NCBI RefSeq assembly: GCF_006345805.1 | Contig: NC_043017.1 | Span: forward strand, 5,828,001-5,892,000 | Direction: 5' to 3' | DNA: 64,000 nucleotides | Source of the DNA: Octopus sinensis | Lineage: Eukaryota | Shown: one piece after another, positions 56,348 to 64,000 of the stretch | How the letters are laid out: the number at the start of each line of letters is the position of its first letter | Position numbering within the stretch: the stretch's first letter is position 1 | The notes under the pieces: model-generated | The model's database searches: none | What the model saw: only the letters and a program-made list of their open reading frames with translations | Told to the model about the DNA's origin: nothing | Program-made: the position numbers and the translations under genes

Positions 56348-57060
56348 GGACAAAATGCTTAGCCACATTTCTTCCGACTCTTTTCTCATTTATCTTTGCG
56401 AGGTCGATAAAATAAGAACCAGCTGGGGACTAGAATTGATGTAATCAGCTTCTTCATATGATAAAATTGTTAGCCCTGAACCAAAATGAGAAAGAAATAC
56501 AAGCAAGGCGAGCTGGCAGAATCATTAGCATATTGGACAAAAAGCTTATTGGTCTTTCTTCTGCCTCTTTGCGTCCTGAGTTCAAATACCGACGAGGTCA
56601 ACTTTGCTTGTCATCCTTTCAGGGCATTAACTAGGGTACCAGTCAAGCACTGTGACCGATGTAACTGATCAACAGACCCATAAAATTGCTGGCCTTGTGC
56701 CACAAAATTTGAAATAATTCTTGTTACTACTATTAGGCTGGTGGGTAAGGCGGCGAGCTGGTAGAATCGTTAGTGTATCGGACAAAATGTTCAACAGCGT
56801 TTCTTCCGACTCTTTATCTTCTGAATTCAAATGCGCCGAGATCGAATTTACCCTTCATCTTTTGGACGTCGATGAAATAAAATACCAGCCAAGTATTGAG
56901 CTCGATGGAATCGACACGTCCCCCTCCCCTCAAATTGTTGGGTTTGAGCCAAAATTTGAAACGGTTGTTATTTGTATCAGTTTCTTGCCCCTGTCACTTA
57001 TTGTTTTTATGGTATTTGTGTTTTTTCGCATAATTTAACACCTGTTTCGGTAAATTTTAG

Positions 57061-57740
57061 GTTTTCTGGTTGTTGTGATTAAGGGCCAAATCTCGACCCC
57101 TCAAAGAGTTGTGACTGAGGATACTGAAGTTAAAGATTCCGTTACCGTGCCAACACAAACTTTAACAGAATCACAGACTGGAGGCAGAGCACTGGATGTT
57201 CCAACAGGTGTAACCATTTCTGATATCGATTCTTCGACAACGGAGACAGTGGAAAGTGATTCCGTCACAGGAACGGAACGAAACCTGCCCAAAGCATCGT
57301 TCACTAACACAAAAGTCGTTGAATATACTGCACCAACTACTAGTACCAGTAATACAAATTCTTCTATGGATACTAGTACAGATACTAACAACAACAACAA
57401 GAGCAACTCCAACGTCACAAGTAACAGCAGAGATAACTCCCTTGCTCTTAGTTCTGTTACTTCAACAATTCTTGATATCAACGACTCAACTAAAGAATCC
57501 GTGTTTACCGCCATTGATGTTGACGTCACTACAACAACAACAACAGCATCAACAACAACAACTGCTACTACTACTACTACTGCTGCTGTTACAACAACGA
57601 TTGCATCAAATGGCGAAATTGTTGTCTCCACCAGACTGCCCAACAGTGAACTCGTCCAAAGACCCACGGACTTCTCCGTCACTCGCATTCAAACAGCACT
57701 ACCAACTCCCCCTATCGGTATAGAACCAAACAAAGATCAG
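57061..57740 (+). CDS. Internal coding exon of a secreted mucin-like Ser/Thr-rich protein
   Basis: Acceptor aaattttag|G at 57060/57061 and donor GATCAG|GTAACA at 57740/57741. The open frame (G)FLVVVIKG-QISTPQRVVTEDTEVKDSVTVPTQT...ALPTPPIGIEPNKDQ uses varied codons, unlike the microsatellite ORFs. It begins with the tail of a signal peptide (phase 1 start, phase 0 end). Confidence 0.8.
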
Positions 57741-57940
57741 GTAACACAACTAATTCTATTTGTTCATTTATTTATTTGATTATTTCTTTCTTTTTTTTTT
57801 TACCTGTTATCTTTTGTCTCTTAGTTGTTTCAATCATTAGACTGCGGCCATGCTGGGGCACTGCCGTGAAGAATTTAACCAAAGAAATTGACCTCCGTAC
57901 TTTTTTTGTCTGCCAGTTTGTTTCTCTGTCTGTTTGTCTA

Positions 57941-57975
<35 letters not shown>

Positions 57976-57979
57976 CTCT

Positions 57980-58010
<31 letters not shown>

Positions 58011-58788
58011 ATATATATATAATATAACATATATATATAATATTCACACACATAATATATATTTTAGTAGACATGTCGAGCGTAACATCTGATTTCGTCT
58101 CAGTTGTCTACATCTTCAGAAATGTATTCAAAGCATTCAACGCATATTAAACAGTAAGTTGAGAAATTCAGCGTTGCACCGCTGGTCAATAATCTCATAA
58201 AATATAGAACTTAGTCTAAAATAACCCAGAAAAATTACATGAAAAGTGTGTGTTTAAATGCAGACTGGTTATAGGACATGACCCATGTTTCGGCAAACCG
58301 AAGTGGAAACTTACAACATTGTGTAACTTTTGTGAAACAGACAATAGTATTTATTGCTGCCAAGCAGCACACAAGTACAGGTGGCTGCTGATTGGTCAGT
58401 GTTTCGAAAGAAATCATAGGAAGATCTTTATGGAGTTGCTAATCTCTCAGGTTTAAATTACCTCCAGAGAAATCTGTTATTACGCAGAGAAAAGATGGTG
58501 AAACGAAAACGAGAAAAAAAAAAGAAACAACAACAACAAAAAAGAAGAGGAGACACAGAAACATTAATAACAGGACTTGTGTGTATGTGTGTGTGGGGGG
58601 AGAGGGTGTCGAATCTGATATAATTCGTCTGACTCGAGGCTTTTATACATACGTATATGTTTTTTTACAAAGTACATATCTACATATGTATAAGCAAATA
58701 TACATACGTACGTAAATGCATACATACACACACACACACAGATCTATATATACACACGCACATACACACACACACAAACACACACACA

Positions 58789-58841
<53 letters not shown>

Positions 58842-59167
58842 CATAAATAAAACGACTGCAAACGCAATATTTCCTTCCATATATATATGTATATATAGAT
58901 AGATATAACACGTCTATATATATGTATATATATATACACTTATATATACATACACACGCATATATCTATTCATATATATACATATAATTCATATGTATTG
59001 CATAATATATATAACAAATATACACACACACACACAAATATATATATACATATATATTTAATATATACGTAATTCATTATATACAGTATGTATTATATTA
59101 CATTATATTACATTAGATATATTAATATACATATATACCACATTATATAATGTATCATATCATATTT

Positions 59168-59209
<42 letters not shown>

Positions 59210-59247
59210 ATATATATATATATATATATAATATCTACATACATACA

Positions 59248-59301
<54 letters not shown>

Positions 59302-60404
59302 TTCATATTCAATATCTTTTTCTGAAATTTTTTCTTATCATTCATACACTTTACTAATTCCTTTTGCCACATTCGCTTTGCGTCTATTCACTCTTCAGGT
59401 CTTTCTTACTGCTTTACTATTTTTTCCCCCTTTTTCTTCCCGTCTTCTTCATTTTGTCTCTCTTCTCTTTTTCCTTTCTCACTTCCCTTCGTTCACGCTC
59501 TCTTCCTTCCTATCGCTTGTTAGCAGCCTTTCTTTATATTGTTTGTTGTTCTGAAAGCAAGAAACCTTACAATTGTCCTTCTTGCACTCAACACAGACGT
59601 ATTCCCCCCATCTCCCTCTCTCTTTCACACACACACACACACACACAGACACACACACATAAGCTTATAGGCAACTGCACTTAGATGCACATGTATATAT
59701 GTGCGTGTGCATATCTATAATGTATGCATATGTTTAAGTTATGCAGTATGTAGCAGGTATATATCATATATCATATATATATGTATATATATATATATTA
59801 TATAGTATATCTAGTATTATATTATTATATATAATATATATATATAGTTATATATTTATATATATATATTACACCGAGTAATTTTATATATATATAAAAT
59901 ATATATATAAATATAGATATATGTATACATACAGAGTTTCTCGTTTTGTAACTATAGTACTTTGTACTTGTATTTTATTTTGCATTTATTGTTTGTTATG
60001 CCAGAGAAAAAGGCTTTTTCGTTCGTCATCTTGTTTTTGTACATGTATTTTATTTTGAGTCTTATTGTACGTCTTGTTGTGTTTCGTAATCATGTGCACG
60101 CTGCTTGATTTATTTTATCTCTCGCAGAAGGCCTATTGGATTAGTGTTCGTTATGCCTTAGAAACATCTGACTAGACAGATGATGAGGGGTTTTGTCTTG
60201 GTAGCTCGTCATGTAATTGTTTTTAGTTTCCGTTTCTTGTGTTTTGTTTTTTTTGGCTTTTTCCGTTCTACGTCTTATTGTGATGTCCTTGTCTTCCGGA
60301 TAATATTATATATGCATGTATATATACATGTAGATGTAGGTACGTAAATATGTTTGTATGTTGCATATATTTTATTTATCTCCTATATATTATATCTATA
60401 TATC

Positions 60405-60437
<33 letters not shown>

Positions 60438-61413
60438 GCATATATGTGCGTATATAAATATATGTATATATATGTATGTATATATATATATATATACAAA
60501 TATATATATACATACACACATATATATATTGTGGTAGTGTTATATGGTGGTATGTATGTATGTATATCTTGTATCTCTAAACTTTTGTTTCAGTCATTAG
60601 ACTGTGGCCATGCTGGGGCACAGCGTTGAAGAATTTTCTGTCCAATATAACGATGCCAGTACTTACTTGTTTTAAAGCTTGATATTTATTCTTAGTACTG
60701 AGTCTTTTGCCGAGCTGCTAAGTTACGGAGACATAAACACCCCAGCAACAGTTGTCAAGGGCTGGTGGAGTACAAACACGCACACGCACATATATATATA
60801 CATATATACACAATGGGCTTCTTTTAGTTTCCGTCTACCAAATCCACTCACATTGCTTTGGTCGGCCCGAAGCACAAAGAAGAGCAGCTCCGTCCAGCTC
60901 TCTCTTTTACCAAAAGCTCAATACAGAAAAAAAATCCAATCTCACTGACCGTCGTTGCTACAGCATGGCCTGAACCAATTAAGGATGTTAAGGATAAAAG
61001 GTAAAGGCATATATGAACGGTGTCTGCTCTAAAGGTAAGCGCAAAATGCATTAAATGCTACAAAACAAACACGAAGGACAGACATAAAAGGGCCCTAATT
61101 CTTCATGAGTTATCGACCTAAAATACTAATTCACAGTTTCGTGCCTTTAACGATAAGACTGAGAACTTCGTATTTCGGCGGCGCCCGCAAGATTTGCGTA
61201 GAGTTAAGGCTGGAGCAAACAAGACAATACAGGGTGGATGTACGAAAGTAGACAAATGTAATCCGAAACGATAAGCGAAGACGGAAAACATTACAGCCTT
61301 TCGGCCAAACACGAGGGTATTGGGTAACGCTAAGGAGAAAAGGTCAATGGATATAAAGAGAGAAATTGTAAGAGAGGAGAAAATGATGACCGGCAGGCTA
61401 AGCGTCCGGTGGC

Positions 61414-61466
<53 letters not shown>

Positions 61467-61631
61467 TGTGTGTGTATACATATATATATGTATTATGTAT
61501 GTATGTATGTATGTATGTATCTATCTATCTACCTATCTATCTATCTATCTATCTATCTATTATCATAATCTATCTACTATATCTATCTATCTATCTATCT
61601 ATGAATATACATATATATATATATATAAATA

Positions 61632-61677
<46 letters not shown>

Positions 61678-61678
61678 A

Positions 61679-61720
<42 letters not shown>

Positions 61721-61826
61721 GCACAAAACGGCGGTTCATCAGCATGGCCGCAGCTCTGAGCTGAAACTAGAAAAAAATATATATATGTATACATATATAT
61801 AGATATATATAGTATTATATATATAT

Positions 61827-61870
<44 letters not shown>

Positions 61871-62368
61871 CATACATACATACATGTGTGTGTGTGTATT
61901 TTTACATATACAGGGGTGGGAAAACATAGGCATATAGTTATTTCATGTGAGTGAGATGTTCATTTCGTTTCTCTATTTCTCTAAGAAATGAAAAGAACAT
62001 TCCACTCCTATTAAGCAACAATATACCTACACACACACACACACACACACTCACACATACACACACATCTATATATACACACACATACATATATACATAC
62101 ACACATACACACTCACATACATATACACATATACATTGACATACATACATACATCATACATCATACATATATACATACATATGAATACATATACATGCAT
62201 TTACACACATAGAAATATATTTCTGTATATACACGCGTGTACATACACATACAGACATACACACACGCACACGCACACACACACACACACACATAGTTAG
62301 GAGTTCATCTTGGCCTCCTTTCACAAGCAGCATTATGCCTTGCTCTTCTTTGCCTTTGTGTTTCCCAG

Positions 62369-62512
62369 CTTCCACACAAAAATATCTATCCGCCATATTC
62401 AAGTGCTACGACTGCCACGACTGAGTACTGTGTCTTTGAATTAATTGGTGCAAAGAAGAATGGAAACTCTTCAGCTTGCTTATGTACTGTAGAAAACATG
62501 GCGCCGTTTAAG
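62369..62512 (+). CDS. Candidate next exon of the mucin-like gene (phase 0-0, 48 codons)
   Basis: Strong polypyrimidine acceptor ttgctcttctttgcctttgtgtttcccag. The open frame LPHKNIYPPYSSATTATTEYCVFELIGAKKNGNSSACLCTVENMAPFK is phase-compatible with the 57740 donor. The donor AAG|GTTTAG is weak and I recognise no homology. Confidence 0.25.
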
Positions 62513-62725
62513 GTTTAGTATTTAGCGACAAGTGAATTCGATAAATACGTTATATTGATGTGATATCGTCTTGAGACAAGCATGACAGCGCTGAGAACAC
62601 TCAAAGACTCTTGTATGTCCAGCTTTTCCGTATTCTTTTGTTATGTCGTTGTGCCTCTATATGTGTGTATATATGTGGGTATGTGTGTGTTTGTGTGAGT
62701 GTGTGTGTGTGGTGGATTATAATAG

Positions 62726-62780
<55 letters not shown>

Positions 62781-62865
62781 TGCACTGTTATATAACTGAA
62801 CAAGTAACATACCTAGACATACGTGTATATTTGTGGGTATGCGCCTGTCTGTATATATATATAAT

Positions 62866-62910
<45 letters not shown>

Positions 62911-63419
62911 AATAGATTGACAGATTGATAGATACACACACATATGTATATAAATATACCTATATGTGTGTGTATATATACATGTCTATATTGATATCTA
63001 CATAGATACGTACACAGACTTATATTTATATATGTATGTATATATAAATATATGAATATATATATATGTTTGTATGTGTGTGTGTGTGTGTGTCGCGCGC
63101 GTGTGTGTGTTTGTCTATTAGGCGTTAGTTAAACTGTAAGTTTGTAGGTCTGGCGTCTCAGTTGAATGTGGTTTATAGCAGTGTGAGAAACTGATATAAC
63201 TAAATGACACTTCAAAAAAGAAAAAAAAAAAGTATCAGAAACTGTCAGAATTGAATAACAAACAGTAAGAGTTTGTTGGTGGTTTTCACTTCTAATGTTA
63301 AACGGTAATGACAGATGAGGCGACAGAGATAGAAAAGCATTTAAACAGACAACTGGCTCTCTCTTTCTCATTCTCTCTCTCTCTCTCTCTCGTTATATAG
63401 TTAAATAGACAGACAATCA

Positions 63420-63506
63420 GACAGACAGACAAATAGACAAAGAGGCAGAGAGACAGACAGACGGATGGATGGATAGATAGATAGATAGAGAAAGAGAGAG
63501 CGAGTG

Positions 63507-63567
<61 letters not shown>

Positions 63568-63623
63568 TAGGTAGATAGATAGATAGATAGATAGATAAAT
63601 AGAGAGAGAGAGAGAGAGATAGG

Positions 63624-63658
<35 letters not shown>

Positions 63659-63659
63659 C

Positions 63660-63719
<60 letters not shown>

Positions 63720-63720
63720 C
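63420..63720. repeat. (GATA)/(GA)n microsatellite
   Basis: Direct inspection. Confidence 0.95.
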
Positions 63721-64000
63721 AGATCCACGCAGATCCTGCTAGCACGATTTCGTTGCACCTGTCCCAGCGGCAGTCTAGTACATACCTTGCTTGGTAATAT
63801 TCAAGACTTTGTGAATAAACGCAATCCAAATGAGGCAAGATGTTGCTCATCGACCTTCTTCACGAAGGACCAAATTGTGACAGTTCTGATGCGAAGAGCA
63901 AAGTGAAATCCAACAAGCTTAAGGAGCCACCAATCGCAATGTGCTCAAACGGTGAATTTGATTTTGGTTGTGGCGGGTGCTAAAGTTTCCGCGTAGCTGC

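Noticed and set aside
57101-57688. 195-aa minus-strand ORF
   Set aside because: It is the antisense shadow of the mucin-like exon.
63720-64000. Unique, GC-richer stretch at the window end with a minus-strand donor-like site
   Set aside because: I found no long open frame or recognisable peptide, and it cannot be assigned without the adjacent sequence.

Overview
Eukaryotic, AT-rich, extremely microsatellite-dense genomic DNA. The SINE families and repeat landscape look like an octopus (cephalopod) genome; this is inferred from recalled repeat motifs, not from a search. Almost all ORFs in the supplied track are translations of simple repeats. Two credible host coding exons are visible. (1) A minus-strand first coding exon (22456-22654) of a secreted TPM-domain / MOLO-1-like protein. 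(2) A plus-strand 680-nt Ser/Thr-rich mucin-like exon (57061-57740) carrying the end of a signal peptide, with a possible following exon at 62369-62512. The rest is transposon debris: three tRNA-derived SINE families, R4/Dong-type LINE ends sitting in (TAA)n, several L1/Tx1-like ORF1 (zinc knuckle) and APE remnants, CR1-like RT fragments, a Penelope GIY-YIG remnant, and hAT and Tigger MITEs. The most unusual signal is a set of at least five minimal type-I hammerhead-ribozyme motifs in unrelated short repeats, including a TSD-flanked inverted-repeat element and a ~296-bp retrozyme-like tandem. Other notable structures are two near-perfect hairpins and a TAATTA-rich higher-order minisatellite. 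There is a 100-N gap at 56248-56347.
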